DNA of 36,472 bases from a virus (IMGVR_UViG_2700989508_000025); one strand, 5' to 3'. Shown: positions 7,949 to 18,449, counted from the first letter of the stretch. The notes: a model not told the origin generated them from the letters alone. Program-made: numbers and translations.

Positions 7949-10742
7949 TATCCGGGTCGCTTTCAGCGCCGTTGACAGGCTGACCCGGCCTGCCGAAAAC
8001 GCCCGCCGCCTGATGGGGCAGTTTGGTGACTCCATCCAGCGAACGCAGGGGGCGATCAAAAATCTCGAGCGTCAGGCGCGTTCATTTGAGCGCGCCCGCG
8101 ACGCTGTCAGTAAAGCGGATGCGGGTATCGTGAAAGCACGACGCCAGCTTAACGCCCTTAATCAGTTACAACGCACGGGTACAGTGCTCAGCGAAAAACA
8201 ACAAAAGCTGATGCAGCAGTTAAGCACCCGGCTTGAACGCCTGAATGAATCGCGCACACGGGAAATTCAGAAAATGCGGGAGCTTGGCGGAGAGCTGAAA
8301 CGCCACGGCATTTCCCTGACAGGCAGCGATAACACCATCCAGCAGGCCATCAGACGCACCGAACAGTACAACAACCAGCTTGAACGCGAACGGCAGGCGC
8401 TTGCGCGTGTAACGCGGGCGCGTGAGCGGTATTCGCGCGTGCAGGAAACCGCGGGAAAACTGAAAACAGGTGGTGCGCTGGCAATTGGTGCGGCAGCGGC
8501 TGGCGGCTATGCTGCCGGGCGTTTTTTACAGCCTGCGATCGGGTTCGGCAAAGAGATGTCCCGCGTTCAGGCACTGACGCGAATCGACAAAAACAGCCCG
8601 CAGTTTAAGGCTCTGCGTGAGCAGGCGTTAAAACTTGGCTCTGAAACGCAGTTCACCGCAGGCGATGCCGCCAGTGGGCAGGCATTTCTTGCAATGGCTG
8701 GCTTCACTCCGCAGGCCATTCAGGCTGCGCTTCCGGGCGTGCTGAGCATGGCAACGGCTGGCGGCATGGATCTCGGCGAGACGGCGGATATTGGCTCAAA
8801 TATCCTGACGCAGTTCGGCCTTTCTGCTGACCAGATGGACCGGGTTGGCGACACGCTCACCGCAGCATTTACCCGTACCAACACTGACCTTCGCGCACTG
8901 GGCGAAACCATGAAATATGCAGGTCCGGTGGCGGGCAAGCTGGGAATATCGCTGGAGCAGGCCGCAGCGATGGCGGGCGTGCTGGCGAATATGGGTATCA
9001 GAGGGAGTGATGCCGGGACGGCAATGCGTGCCAGCCTGGCTCGTCTGGCATCACCGCCAAAGGCGGCAGCAGAGGCGCTGAAAGAGCTTGGCGTGTCTGT
9101 CTCGGATGCCGGGGGCAAAATGCGTCCGATGGAGGATGTGCTGGCTGACCTTTATAAAGCTACCCGCAAATACGGGGAAGTTGACCGGGTATCGTTCTTT
9201 AAGGACATTGCCGGAGAAGAGGCTTTCACATCATTTATGGCCCTCGTTGATGCGGCAGGTGACGGCTCCTTACCCAAACTGAGAAAAGAACTTGAAGGTG
9301 CGCGCGGTGAGGCTGAACGCACGGCAAAGGTTATGGCCAACAACCTTGACGGCGATCTGAAATCACTCAGCAGTGCATGGGAAGGGTTGCGCATCCGCAT
9401 TGCAGATCTGATTGACGGTCCGCTGCGTTCTGTCACGCAGTGGCTCACGCGTGTGGTATCAAAGGTGACGGCGCTGGCGCAGGCCCATCCCGCACTGACG
9501 CGCCAGCTACTGATTGCAGGCGGTGCACTGCTGGCAATGACTGCAACGGTTGGCTCGTTGTCGCTGGCTATTGGTGTGCTTGCTGGCCCGCTGGCAAAAC
9601 TGCGTCTTGGTTTTTCCCTCCTGACCGGATCAATGAATGCTGTCAGGGTTCTGCCAGCACTATGGGGAATGGTGACGGGTTCCGTTTCTTTGCTGGGAGG
9701 CGCTATCGGGGCGTTGTTCAGTCCGGTTGGTCTTATCGTGGCTGCGCTTGCCGGAGCTGCCGTTCTTATCTGGAAATACTGGGATCCCATCAGGGCATTT
9801 TTTGCCGGGGTGTTCAGCGGGATTATGGAAAGGCTGACCCCGTTGCGCGAAACCTTTGAACGGTTTAGTCCTGTTTTTGACGCAATCGGGAGTGGGATCA
9901 GCCAGGTGTTTAACTGGTTTAAATCGCTGCTGTCACCGATGGAGTCCAGCAAGGAAACTCTGGATAAATGTACCAGTGCTGGCGAGATATTCGGTAACGT
10001 TCTTGGCGGTGCGTTACAACTTGTTCTGACACCTGCAAAAATGTTGCTGGATACGCTGGCGTGGATACTTGAAAAGCTTGGTGTGCTTCCGGATGAAGCG
10101 GAAAGGGCGCGCAAGAAAATCGAAGACGCACAGCGTGCGGCCATTCTTCAGGACAAGGTTGCCTTGCTTCAGGGGGACCTGGCGAAAATCAATCCGCCGA
10201 AGCCTGTGGAAAATGGCAATGGCACCGGAGGTGATAACCCCAAAGACAATAAACCGCTCACAGACAGCAATACCGGTACGCTGCGCAGACTCAGCAAAAT
10301 TGCTGATAACACAGGTAAGCTGGTTGAGGAGACGAAAAAACGCATTGGCCCCGGCGATATTGTCTTTAAAAACCTGCCCCGGGCACTTGCTGTTCGTGGG
10401 GAGTGGCAGGAGCGGAAGATTGCGCAGGTCAGTAAGCCTGCCCCCGCAATTAATATCACACCCGTGGTCCCGGCTCCGCTGCCTCCGGCGCTGGTCACTG
10501 TTGTTGCGGCCAGCTCCCGCCCGGTGGCGGAGGCTATACGATCTCCAGTGGCATCAGTTCCTGTAACTTCCCGTAACCGGGAGCCTGTTGCCTCCGAATT
10601 TGGTGGTGAAATTCATGTTCATCTGCATAACGTTGTTACGCAGAATCCCCGCGAACTGGCGAAACTGGTCGGTGAAATGGTCAGGGCAGAAATGGAACGG
10701 CGCGCCCGTGCCGGGCGTGGCAGTTTTTACGATAAAGATTGA
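7899..10742 (+). CDS. T: Tail tape measure protein T
   Basis: 947-aa ORF, coiled-coil-rich N-terminus and Gly/Ala-rich hydrophobic segments typical of tape measure proteins. Start is uncertain: alternative ATGs at 7926 and 7935, all overlapping the end of E'. Confidence 0.8.
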   Translation: MSGRHFAAGMQTMKTLDIRVAFSAVDRLTRPAENARRLMGQFGDSIQRTQGAIKNLERQARSFERARDAVSKADAGIVKARRQLNALNQLQRTGTVLSEKQQKLMQQLSTRLERLNESRTREIQKMRELGGELKRHGISLTGSDNTIQQAIRRTEQYNNQLERERQALARVTRARERYSRVQETAGKLKTGGALAIGAAAAGGYAAGRFLQPAIGFGKEMSRVQALTRIDKNSPQFKALREQALKLGSETQFTAGDAASGQAFLAMAGFTPQAIQAALPGVLSMATAGGMDLGETADIGSNILTQFGLSADQMDRVGDTLTAAFTRTNTDLRALGETMKYAGPVAGKLGISLEQAAAMAGVLANMGIRGSDAGTAMRASLARLASPPKAAAEALKELGVSVSDAGGKMRPMEDVLADLYKATRKYGEVDRVSFFKDIAGEEAFTSFMALVDAAGDGSLPKLRKELEGARGEAERTAKVMANNLDGDLKSLSSAWEGLRIRIADLIDGPLRSVTQWLTRVVSKVTALAQAHPALTRQLLIAGGALLAMTATVGSLSLAIGVLAGPLAKLRLGFSLLTGSMNAVRVLPALWGMVTGSVSLLGGAIGALFSPVGLIVAALAGAAVLIWKYWDPIRAFFAGVFSGIMERLTPLRETFERFSPVFDAIGSGISQVFNWFKSLLSPMESSKETLDKCTSAGEIFGNVLGGALQLVLTPAKMLLDTLAWILEKLGVLPDEAERARKKIEDAQRAAILQDKVALLQGDLAKINPPKPVENGNGTGGDNPKDNKPLTDSNTGTLRRLSKIADNTGKLVEETKKRIGPGDIVFKNLPRALAVRGEWQERKIAQVSKPAPAINITPVVPAPLPPALVTVVAASSRPVAEAIRSPVASVPVTSRNREPVASEFGGEIHVHLHNVVTQNPRELAKLVGEMVRAEMERRARAGRGSFYDKD

Positions 10743-10748
10743 GGAGTC

Positions 10749-11243
10749 ATGGCCATGATGATGATCTACGGCATGTTTGTTTTTGAGCTGCGCACGCTGC
10801 CGCATCAGCAGTTACAGCAAAACAAAAGCTGGCGGCATGTGAAAAATGAACGCGTTAACCGTTCAGCAAGCTGGCAGTATATCGGTGCAGGTGATGATCG
10901 CATCGTTCTTTCTGGTGTGCTTTATCCTGAAATTACAGGTGGCGAAGTGTCGCTGTCGCTGCTGACCACGCAGGCGTATACAGGACGACCCTGGCCTTTG
11001 ATTGATGGCGTCGGGCAGATTTACGGCATGTATGTCCTGACCGGAACGAATACGACCCGTTCCGAGTTTGATCGCTACGGTAAGGCGAAAAAGATAGAAT
11101 TTTCACTGACTCTTGAACGCTGTGATGAGGATTTGCGGGAGCGCCTGCAATCCTCATCGTTCAGCGATATGTTGTCCGGCTTCAAAGATAAGGTGACATC
11201 ATCCCTTAATAGCGCGACCAGCTCAGTTAAGGGGCTGCTCTGA
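10749..11243 (+). CDS. U: Tail protein U
   Basis: 164 aa, immediately after T. Resembles P2 gpU by my recollection (N-terminal MMM...FVFEL...SWRH pattern). Confidence 0.8.
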   Translation: MAMMMIYGMFVFELRTLPHQQLQQNKSWRHVKNERVNRSASWQYIGAGDDRIVLSGVLYPEITGGEVSLSLLTTQAYTGRPWPLIDGVGQIYGMYVLTGTNTTRSEFDRYGKAKKIEFSLTLERCDEDLRERLQSSSFSDMLSGFKDKVTSSLNSATSSVKGLL

Positions 11244-11319
11244 TTTAACGTATGTCGCCAATTTCCTGATGAAGGTGACTGGCGACTTGCTGTTGTATGT
11301 CCTTCTCAGAAAATTGTTT

Positions 11320-11348
11320 TTGAATAACAAACAACAGGATTTTATAAT
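11320..11348 (+). promoter_or_regulatory. Near-consensus sigma70-type promoter TTGAAT-17 bp-TATAAT upstream of the acetyltransferase gene
   Basis: Read directly: TTGAAT at 11320-11325, 17-bp spacer, TATAAT at 11343-11348. About 50 bp upstream of the GTG start at 11400. Confidence 0.45.
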
Positions 11349-11399
11349 CTCTTAACCTTATAATATGTGTCGTCTGAAATAATAATTAAGGAGATTATC

Positions 11400-11972
11400 G
11401 TGCTGTCTTACTTAATGGCAATTCACTTTGTTTTATTTGGGAACTCTACTAATTTAAAAAACTTCTGGAAATATGAAGTAATTCGGCGGAAACGTATGGA
11501 TATCTGGAGGCTTTTAAGAGAGAAAAAACAGCGTAACCGGAATTTCCTTTTCTGGTGGCGGTTGGCTAACGAAATGTATATTAATGGTAATAAATTACAT
11601 AAGAAAGCAGCCAAAAAGTTAAACAGTAAAATAATTAACAAATTTGGTTGTGAAATTGGATTGGGCGCAAATATTGGAAAAGGGTTAACAATTCCCCATC
11701 ATGCTGGAATTGTTGTTCATTTTGCTGTTGATGCTGGTGAAAATCTGGTGTTACGACAGAATACGACCATTGGACAGATAGATGGTGACATACCTGGTTC
11801 AAGAGTAAAAATTGGTAGCAACGTTGATATCGGAGCTAATTGTTGCATCATTGGATTATCCCGTAAAATTGGGGATAATGTAAAAATAGGTGCAATGTCT
11901 TTTATAAATAAAGATATACCATCGAACTGCACATATATAACTAAAAAGAGCGGTGCTGTATTGTATAAATAG
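11400..11972 (+). CDS. Hexapeptide-repeat (left-handed beta-helix) acetyltransferase, serine/sugar O-acetyltransferase-like
   Basis: Repeated [LIV]-G-x-x-x-x-I motifs (GANIGKGLTI, KIGSNVDIGANCCIIG, KIGDNVKIGA). Start placed at GTG 11400, preceded by AAGGAG at 11388-11393; the track ORF starts at an earlier GTG (11367). Region is AT-rich by eye. Confidence 0.7.
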   Translation: MLSYLMAIHFVLFGNSTNLKNFWKYEVIRRKRMDIWRLLREKKQRNRNFLFWWRLANEMYINGNKLHKKAAKKLNSKIINKFGCEIGLGANIGKGLTIPHHAGIVVHFAVDAGENLVLRQNTTIGQIDGDIPGSRVKIGSNVDIGANCCIIGLSRKIGDNVKIGAMSFINKDIPSNCTYITKKSGAVLYK

Positions 11973-11980
11973 AGTACATA

Positions 11981-12018
11981 AAGCCATCGATATTTCTATC
12001 GATGGCTTTTTCTTTTTA
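11981..12018. terminator. Hairpin with flanking T-runs between the convergent acetyltransferase and G genes (candidate bidirectional intrinsic terminator)
   Basis: aagccatcgata-tttc-tatcgatggctt followed by tttctttttatt. Read directly. Confidence 0.55.
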
Positions 12019-12594
12019 TTGTGGGGCGACTGGCCACTCAATATCTGCTGCTACTGTTGTATCAACACGATGCAACAATACTCGATATGTCTTCCATGCA
12101 GCCAGTAACGATGTCTCTTCCTCCGTCGCAATATCTAAATCTATAGCATCCTGAAGTGGTGCAATATGCTCACTGGCTACCTGCATCAGGCTGTTTTTTG
12201 TTTCTTCCGCCTCCCTTATCCGAAATAGTTTGTCTGCTTCTGCATCTTTCACCCAGGATGTGCCGTTCCACTTCTGATACTCTTCATACGGCGACAACCA
12301 GGTAACATTTTCCGGTAACGGACCGAGTTCAGAAATAAATAACGAGTCCCCTGATGCCACGTCATAAACCGTTTTACCCCGATGGTCTTCAACGAGATGC
12401 CACGATGCCTCATCACTGTTGAAAACGGCCACGAAGCCAGCCGGAATATCTGGCGGGGCAATATCGGTACTGTTTGCAGGCAGACCTGTATGAGGTGGAA
12501 TGTATGCATCACCTTCACCAATAAACTCATTGGTTCCGGTCAGTAGATTATAAATTTTTATGGTCCGTGATTGTTCACTCATTCTGAATGTCAT
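12016..12594 (-). CDS. G: Tail fibre assembly protein G
   Basis: 192 aa, directly downstream of the tail fibre gene (ATGA overlap at 12592-12596). Position matches P2 G. Confidence 0.7.
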   Translation of the reverse strand: MTFRMSEQSRTIKIYNLLTGTNEFIGEGDAYIPPHTGLPANSTDIAPPDIPAGFVAVFNSDEASWHLVEDHRGKTVYDVASGDSLFISELGPLPENVTWLSPYEEYQKWNGTSWVKDAEADKLFRIREAEETKNSLMQVASEHIAPLQDAIDLDIATEEETSLLAAWKTYRVLLHRVDTTVAADIEWPVAPQ

Positions 12595-14726
12595 TATGCA
12601 AGCCTCACAATATAGTTAAATGCGATGTTTTTTACGGTGTTTTCTGCGTTCCCCGTAGCATTAACGGTGATGGTGTGTCCGTGGGGACCAATAATGACAG
12701 AATGGGCATGAGCACCAATGCCGATAGTGTGGTTATGGGCACCGATATATACATTGTGAGCATGCTCTCCTGCGCTCGACGTGGTACCAGTACCTAACGC
12801 AGCGTTATAACCGGCTGATACACCATTCCCCGCGCCAGTGTGACCAACAGGTATATTGTGTGAATGAGCTCCTGCGCTATTTGTGGTTTTTGTGCCGTAA
12901 TCAAATGAACTGGTCGTTTTAGTACCGTAATCAAACGACGATGTGGTTTTCGTCCCCAAATCCGTACTGGATGCGCTGGCGCTGTGGGTGTGCGATTTTA
13001 TGCCGTCCTGTTCCTGAGACAATACGGCCCGACCACTGGCAGGTTTGCCCTTAATCGTCCAGCCACGCATATCAGGGATCACGCCTGACGGATAAGCGGC
13101 TGCAAGTTTCGGGTATGCAGATTTGTCAAAAGTCTGCCCCTGCATCAGGGCATAACCAGACGGAACGGTATCTGATGGCCACGGGATTGGTGCACCGACT
13201 GGATAAAACTCTGCAGGAGGATGAGCCGAGGTGTAAAGCTGCGCCCACGGCGACCAGTTTGCGTCGATCGTATCCCGTCGTGAACGAATAAATGCCGGAG
13301 CATGAGCACCGCTTGTACCACTCCAGCCGATGAGTAACTCACCTTCGCCAACGGCTGTCATCCCTTTCAGGTGAATGATATTTCCATACGTTGTTGGATA
13401 TCCGTTGTTATACGCCTCGTATAACTCCAGACCTGTGGCCCCCTGCATATTATCTGTCAGGGCGGTCAGCCGACCTTTTGAAGCCAGATTAACTGACGAT
13501 ACTGCTGTCCCATCTGACGGTAACGCCCCGATCTCTGATGCTGTTGGCTTATTCCTGGAGTTATAGTCCCTTCGCCAGCCAGGAGCATAAGCATCACCAT
13601 GATTAATATAAGTAAATTGAGCATTAGGGATGCCTTCACCGCTGGATGTACTCGGTGTGGTAATGCGTATGGTCATTGCGCCGCGGGTGCCAATAACTTC
13701 CACAACAGCACCTGCAAGACAAATATTTCCGCAACCTGTATCTGTAATGACCTTATTACTTGCATAAGCCCATGAGCCTTTGCACATCCAGTAAGGATGG
13801 TTAAATGCCCCCTGACTCTCTAGCCAAAAAATCAACTGCGCAGTTGTCCATGCTTCACTATCTCCACCAATATTCAGCTCTGCACTATATGCACGGCAGG
13901 CACCGATATTTTTCGTAAAGGTGTCTTTGTCAGAGATATCCTCACCATTCTTAGCTTTCTGCAGACGTTTTTCAGCATTGTCATAGGCAGCTTTTACTGC
14001 ATTTGATGTTGCCGCCAGCGTTTCAGATGTACTGTTGGTTGCACTACTAAGCTGGACAAGGCCTTTTCGCGCTGTTGTGGCATCCTGCGCTGTATATTTT
14101 CCGTTAGCAAGATCATACGCGACCTTAACCGCTTTCGGCGTTGCAGCCAGCGTTTCAGAATCGCTGTTAGTGGCGCTACTGAGTTGAACAAAGCCTTTTG
14201 CGGTCAGCGAGGCATCCGGGTGACGTCGTGACTGTTCATGCTCTTTCAGTTTGTTATCCACGTAATCCACTGTGGCCATAACCATGGTGTTATCCACGGT
14301 AAGCGCCACGGTGGCAGTGCTGGATACTGTCAGAATGGTGCGAAATGTTTGTGCACGTCCGGACCCTTCGGCAACGGCTGGCTTGTAACTTTCGGCAGTA
14401 TTGCCCACCGCGATTAAATCGCCGTGCTCATCAAACACACCAATTTCCCGGATCCAGAATCCTCCCGTTTCAGGAGGAATAACCAGCTCCGCAATAATGC
14501 GGTTCTGATGTGTTGCGTCCAGGATGACGCGATTAACAGTATGTCGCCACACCTCATGCACCAGACGGGTCTGCTTACTGTCTGGTGTGGGCAACGTGCC
14601 GCCACCGTCGCCCACGGCCATGTGAGTCAGGCGGACAGGATTACCATCTGGCGCGGCTGCCTGAGCTAATTTTTTGGCACCAGTATCAGTGATAATGGTT
14701 TTAAATTTTCGTGTTGTGGTACTCAT
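12594..14726 (-). CDS. H: Tail fibre protein H
   Basis: 710 aa. Internal roughly 40-aa repeats (LSSATNS.SETLAAT...KAAYD), and a C-terminal tip with [10 protein letters not shown] repeats and His-rich HxH-type repeats ([23 protein letters not shown]), as seen in P2 and T-even fibre tips. Confidence 0.85.
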   Translation of the reverse strand: MSTTTRKFKTIITDTGAKKLAQAAAPDGNPVRLTHMAVGDGGGTLPTPDSKQTRLVHEVWRHTVNRVILDATHQNRIIAELVIPPETGGFWIREIGVFDEHGDLIAVGNTAESYKPAVAEGSGRAQTFRTILTVSSTATVALTVDNTMVMATVDYVDNKLKEHEQSRRHPDASLTAKGFVQLSSATNSDSETLAATPKAVKVAYDLANGKYTAQDATTARKGLVQLSSATNSTSETLAATSNAVKAAYDNAEKRLQKAKNGEDISDKDTFTKNIGACRAYSAELNIGGDSEAWTTAQLIFWLESQGAFNHPYWMCKGSWAYASNKVITDTGCGNICLAGAVVEVIGTRGAMTIRITTPSTSSGEGIPNAQFTYINHGDAYAPGWRRDYNSRNKPTASEIGALPSDGTAVSSVNLASKGRLTALTDNMQGATGLELYEAYNNGYPTTYGNIIHLKGMTAVGEGELLIGWSGTSGAHAPAFIRSRRDTIDANWSPWAQLYTSAHPPAEFYPVGAPIPWPSDTVPSGYALMQGQTFDKSAYPKLAAAYPSGVIPDMRGWTIKGKPASGRAVLSQEQDGIKSHTHSASASSTDLGTKTTSSFDYGTKTTSSFDYGTKTTNSAGAHSHNIPVGHTGAGNGVSAGYNAALGTGTTSSAGEHAHNVYIGAHNHTIGIGAHAHSVIIGPHGHTITVNATGNAENTVKNIAFNYIVRLA

Positions 14727-14728
14727 GC

Positions 14729-15259
14729 TTAATCGTCCGGATAAATGGTAATGACTTCACCGTCGTAAGTTGCTGCCGCCGCGAAAATATCCCCCGGGAT
14801 CTCCTGAATGATATTCAGCCCTGTCATGTGGCGGCTGACCGGGCGGGCATCAGCAATCAACCGCTCCATTTCCAGATACATTTCCTCCGTCACGCCACTG
14901 TCCAGCGTGCCGACTTCAACGGTAAATGTTCCCGGTTCTCCGCCGAACTCCCACCACTCAGACACACGAATGAGGTATCCCAGCGGCTCAATGGCCCGGC
15001 GCAGTGCGCTGATGGTCCCTTTGTGTCGGTGTATCAGCCATGCATCACGAATCACTTGTCGCTTTGTCTCTTCCGGCCAGTTGCGATCCCAGCGGTCAAC
15101 GGAAAATGCCCAGGCGAGATAAGGCAGCAGATGCACCGGGCAGGTGTCCGGCGACCACAGCGTGTTGAGGTCTACCGGAGTGTCTGTAATGCGCGTTCCG
15201 ACAGCTTCGGCACAACGCATGAAATTGCTGGCTGATGGCGGTAACAGTGAATTACTCAT
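14729..15259 (-). CDS. I: Baseplate protein I
   Basis: Track ORF 14729..15292 trimmed to the internal Met (MSNSLLPP), giving 176 aa, the size of P2 gpI. Sits between J and H. Confidence 0.7.
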   Translation of the reverse strand: MSNSLLPPSASNFMRCAEAVGTRITDTPVDLNTLWSPDTCPVHLLPYLAWAFSVDRWDRNWPEETKRQVIRDAWLIHRHKGTISALRRAIEPLGYLIRVSEWWEFGGEPGTFTVEVGTLDSGVTEEMYLEMERLIADARPVSRHMTGLNIIQEIPGDIFAAAATYDGEVITIYPDD

Positions 15260-16148
15260 TACGCCCACCTTCGCTGATGGTGAATGACTCACAGCGCGCC
15301 GCCTGTATGTCGCTGATGGCCATATTTTGTGTGGGTTCGATTATCTCCACGCGTTGCACACCGTGCACATGCAGTGCGGCAGCAATGGCTGACAACGCCA
15401 CGTCCTGACCGATAAGCCCCTGCTCAGACAGCCACTTCCTGAACGACGATTCCGCCGCGGCCAGAATAGGTTCGGATTCCGGGCCGGGGTAAAAGTACAG
15501 TTTTGCATTCAGCCGCCATGTCACGATTCTGGCACTCTGTACGGTCAGGCGGTCGGCCACCGGGCGGGTATCCTCTGCATTCAGAACGGCGCGAACGGTA
15601 TTAAGCAACGCCTCCGTTGCTGTGCCGTCGCCCTCAGTGGACAGGATGGAAACCGTCACACAGGCCGGAGACGGGCTGATGGCCCGCGCATCACGCATCA
15701 GACCGCTGGCGCTGCGTGCAAAATACTCGTATGCACCTGACGGGCCAGCAACACTCAGGCCGTCATACGCCCGTTGCGCCCGCAATCTCAGCGAGGTGTC
15801 GCTCTCCATCACCGCGTCGGTGGTATCCGTTGCCGGAGTGATAACCAGGCGCTTTGTGTTCATATTGCCCGCGAGGTTGTCCAGGTTTGTCCCTGAACCG
15901 TGGCTTAACATGCAGGCGCGTGCGCCCTCGTTAACCCGCTGGCGTAACAGCATTTCACGAAAAGACATGGTTTGAGCGATAACGTTCAGGGGTTCCGATT
16001 CCAGCTCCAGCGCGGCGGAGACGGCTTCACGCTGTTCGGCAGGATAGGACGCAATCATCATGGCCTTTGTGTCAGCCAGAATTGCCTCAAAATCAGGCTC
16101 CGCGATGATGGCGGGTTCCGGTAACTGGGAAAGGTCAACAGCAGGCAT
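15252..16148 (-). CDS. J: Baseplate protein J
   Basis: 298 aa (P2 J is about 302), between W and I. Confidence 0.8.
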   Translation of the reverse strand: MPAVDLSQLPEPAIIAEPDFEAILADTKAMMIASYPAEQREAVSAALELESEPLNVIAQTMSFREMLLRQRVNEGARACMLSHGSGTNLDNLAGNMNTKRLVITPATDTTDAVMESDTSLRLRAQRAYDGLSVAGPSGAYEYFARSASGLMRDARAISPSPACVTVSILSTEGDGTATEALLNTVRAVLNAEDTRPVADRLTVQSARIVTWRLNAKLYFYPGPESEPILAAAESSFRKWLSEQGLIGQDVALSAIAAALHVHGVQRVEIIEPTQNMAISDIQAARCESFTISEGGRNE

Positions 16149-16151
16149 GAT

Positions 16152-16502
16152 TTACTCTCTCAGCGTGATGGTTAATTCAACATTCTGCATGGTCTGCATG
16201 ACAGTGCCCGACAGCGTCACCCCGGCGCGGCCTCCTGCCTTCCAGACAACGTCGATGGCGTCCAGGGCAATGCGGGGTTCCCATCGTGTCAGCGCAATCA
16301 CGGCAGCACTCATGCATTGCAGACGAGTTGTGTTATTCATGGGTTCGTCAATCAAATCAGGCACAAGGCTGCCATATTCCCGTCGCATAACCCGGCTTGC
16401 CAGCGGGGTGATCAGGATGTCCCTGACTGACTGTTTCAGGTGCTCCATATCGTTCAGGTTTCCCGTCCCGTCCGGATTCATTCCTGTGTAGCGGGTTGTC
16501 AC
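16152..16502 (-). CDS. W: Baseplate protein W (gp25-like)
   Basis: 116 aa, size and position of P2 W. Confidence 0.8.
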   Translation of the reverse strand: MTTRYTGMNPDGTGNLNDMEHLKQSVRDILITPLASRVMRREYGSLVPDLIDEPMNNTTRLQCMSAAVIALTRWEPRIALDAIDVVWKAGGRAGVTLSGTVMQTMQNVELTITLRE

Positions 16503-17080
16503 TGCGGGCCTCCTGTCGAATCGCTGCCACCTTTAACGCCACCGTGCTTATGCGTATGCACTGTGATGCCGTTTGAGGTGAAATCGCCGCCGCTGTGCGT
16601 GATATTGCCGCTCATCTTTCCCCCTTTTGTGACGTCAAGCGTCGCCGTTCTCAGAAGGTTTGTGCATTCCACGACGGGCGTGTCCAGTTTCACGCTGACG
16701 GATGCCTGTAAAGTGGCCGTTTTCATGCCGCTGGCGCTCAGTGCGCCTGCGTCCGCGTCGTAGCGGAACACCGCGCCGTCCGGCGCGCTGATCACGATTT
16801 CTTTCAGGCTTTTGCCGGGGGCCGGATTGGCATCACTCCACAGGCTGCCAATTATCATGGCGGTTTCCGGGTTGCCGCCAATGCAGGCAATTACCACCTG
16901 TTCGCCAGGTGATGGCGGCAGCCACACATTGAAGGCTCCCGCGCGCGTGGTGTTCCAGCGCAGCCAGCCTGTTTCCAGTTCGCCGCTGCGAACGCGCACG
17001 CGCCAGGACTTCTCGTCAACTTCAGAGATGATCCCGGTGCGGATGATATTGCTCAGCAGTCGCATGAGTTCTGCGCTCAC
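16499..17080 (-). CDS. V: Baseplate spike/assembly protein V
   Basis: 193 aa, overlapping W by 4 nt; position of P2 V. Confidence 0.75.
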   Translation of the reverse strand: MSAELMRLLSNIIRTGIISEVDEKSWRVRVRSGELETGWLRWNTTRAGAFNVWLPPSPGEQVVIACIGGNPETAMIIGSLWSDANPAPGKSLKEIVISAPDGAVFRYDADAGALSASGMKTATLQASVSVKLDTPVVECTNLLRTATLDVTKGGKMSGNITHSGGDFTSNGITVHTHKHGGVKGGSDSTGGPQ

Positions 17081-17721
17081 CGTACAGCCTCCGCAATCCG
17101 GCCCAGCACCGTGTTATAAATCAGGCGTTCATCTGCCTGACTGATACCCAGCAGCTCACGTACCGGGTAATCGGTGAAAATGCCCGGCGCAACCTGATCG
17201 CGCTCACCAAACTGATGAACGCGTGCAATACGTGCGGCCACGCCGCTGTAACCCACCGTCACACCGGAAGCATCTGCACGGGCTTTCAGGTAGCGGGCGG
17301 TGCGCAGTTTTACGAACATGGGGACGCGCTTTGTGCTGTCCTGGTTGATGCGCCGGGTGCGTATTTCCAGAAAACGGTCGATGTCATCCCGGTAAAACAT
17401 GCGGATATTGTTTTTATCCTCATCCCACCCGGTAATGGTTCGCCCGTATTTCCCCGTGTCGTGATGCCAGTTTTTCAGCGTGCGTGCTTCGTTATTCCAG
17501 ATAAAGCGAATGCGTTCCTGTATCCGGGTTACGCGGCGTCTGCGTGGTGTCCATGCGGTCCCGTCTGGCGCTTTCTGTGACCGGATGCGCGCCTGCTGGG
17601 CGCGGCGTAAATCCTGTGCCAGCTTTCTGGCGATGTTATTGATGGCCTGCTGATTCAGGCTGTCGCGGATGGCCTCAAAGGTTTCATCCACGCGGGTGAA
17701 TGCCTTATCCATCGCTTTCAC
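17077..17721 (-). CDS. S: Virion morphogenesis / tail completion protein S family
   Basis: 214 aa, between R and V. Resemblance to the gpS family is by eye. Confidence 0.65.
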   Translation of the reverse strand: MKAMDKAFTRVDETFEAIRDSLNQQAINNIARKLAQDLRRAQQARIRSQKAPDGTAWTPRRRRVTRIQERIRFIWNNEARTLKNWHHDTGKYGRTITGWDEDKNNIRMFYRDDIDRFLEIRTRRINQDSTKRVPMFVKLRTARYLKARADASGVTVGYSGVAARIARVHQFGERDQVAPGIFTDYPVRELLGISQADERLIYNTVLGRIAEAVR

Positions 17722-18172
17722 CCCACGTCACATCCTGGAATACATGCGACCAGTCGCCTTCGGAAGAGGGCAGGCGGGGTTTTGGCTCCGGCAGGTGTTC
17801 TGCCTGCGGTGTGCCCTGACTGCTGCGCGTGATGCGAACGCGTTCCCGCAGGGGGAGCGTAAACAGGAGATCGGCGCTGTCATCGTCATTGATAACGGCG
17901 GAAAATTTGATGTCCTGATTACGCTCAGGGTTGAGCAACAACTGTGGCTGATTTTCGGATAACCACGCCAGCAGCGGCAGCGTGAGGTCGTCCAGCTCCC
18001 CGGCGTAATCCATGACAAACATCACCATCTGATAGCGGTAAACAAACGATGGGGTTTCTCCTGTCGTTTCAATGTTGCCGCTCTCCACGAAAATGGTGAA
18101 TTTTTCCGGGTTGGCCTGACACCATCGGCATGAACGGGTCATGGCTTCACGCAGGGAATCAGTTTTCAGCAT
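17705..18172 (-). CDS. R: Tail completion protein R
   Basis: 155 aa, same size as P2 R; N-terminal MLKTDSLR resembles P2 R by my recollection. Confidence 0.7.
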   Translation of the reverse strand: MLKTDSLREAMTRSCRWCQANPEKFTIFVESGNIETTGETPSFVYRYQMVMFVMDYAGELDDLTLPLLAWLSENQPQLLLNPERNQDIKFSAVINDDDSADLLFTLPLRERVRITRSSQGTPQAEHLPEPKPRLPSSEGDWSHVFQDVTWGESDG

Positions 18173-18449
18173 AGTTGTTGTCCTCGTTGTTCAGTCGTTG
18201 CAGTCTGCGCTGTTCCAGTAATTCAATGGCCCGTTTATCCGCGTTACAGGTTTCCAGTGCATCCAGAAGGCGGTCGCCCCATATACCGAGATTTCCCCAT
18301 GTGGGAGTGTCAGGGAAGGGGGGAGGTGTTACCGGTATGGTCAGCGTCTGCGGTATAAGCCGGACTGACGGCGCTGGCCGTGGCGCGTTCTGCGTGCCTG
18401 CGCAACCTGTCAGTAAAACGAGCGTCAGGCAAAGCGTGGGCGCATTCAT
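18159..18449 (-). CDS. lysC: Outer-membrane lipoprotein spanin (LysC/Rz1-like), embedded out of frame in lysB
   Basis: Track ORF 18159..18479 trimmed to MNAPTLCLTLVLLTGC (lipobox L-L-T-G-C); Pro-rich mature part. Overlaps the 3' half of the LysB ORF in another frame. Confidence 0.6.
   Translation of the reverse strand: MNAPTLCLTLVLLTGCAGTQNAPRPAPSVRLIPQTLTIPVTPPPFPDTPTWGNLGIWGDRLLDALETCNADKRAIELLEQRRLQRLNNEDNNYAEN

Noticed and set aside
9152-10144. Long antisense ORF (330 aa) inside the tape-measure gene; similar long antisense ORFs at 23210..24532 (inside P), 5557..5967, 31497..32114 and 35446..35904
   Set aside because: They lie entirely within well-supported genes on the opposite strand, and their translations are low-complexity with no motifs. 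They look like typical GC-rich spurious frames.
12594-13000. His-rich repeats at the tail fibre H C-terminus as a second His-Xaa-Ser type substrate
   Set aside because: The pattern is H-x-H within Gly-rich beta-strand repeats, typical of metal-binding tail-fibre tips in P2 and T-even phages. It is not an H-x-S array and not associated with radical SAM genes.
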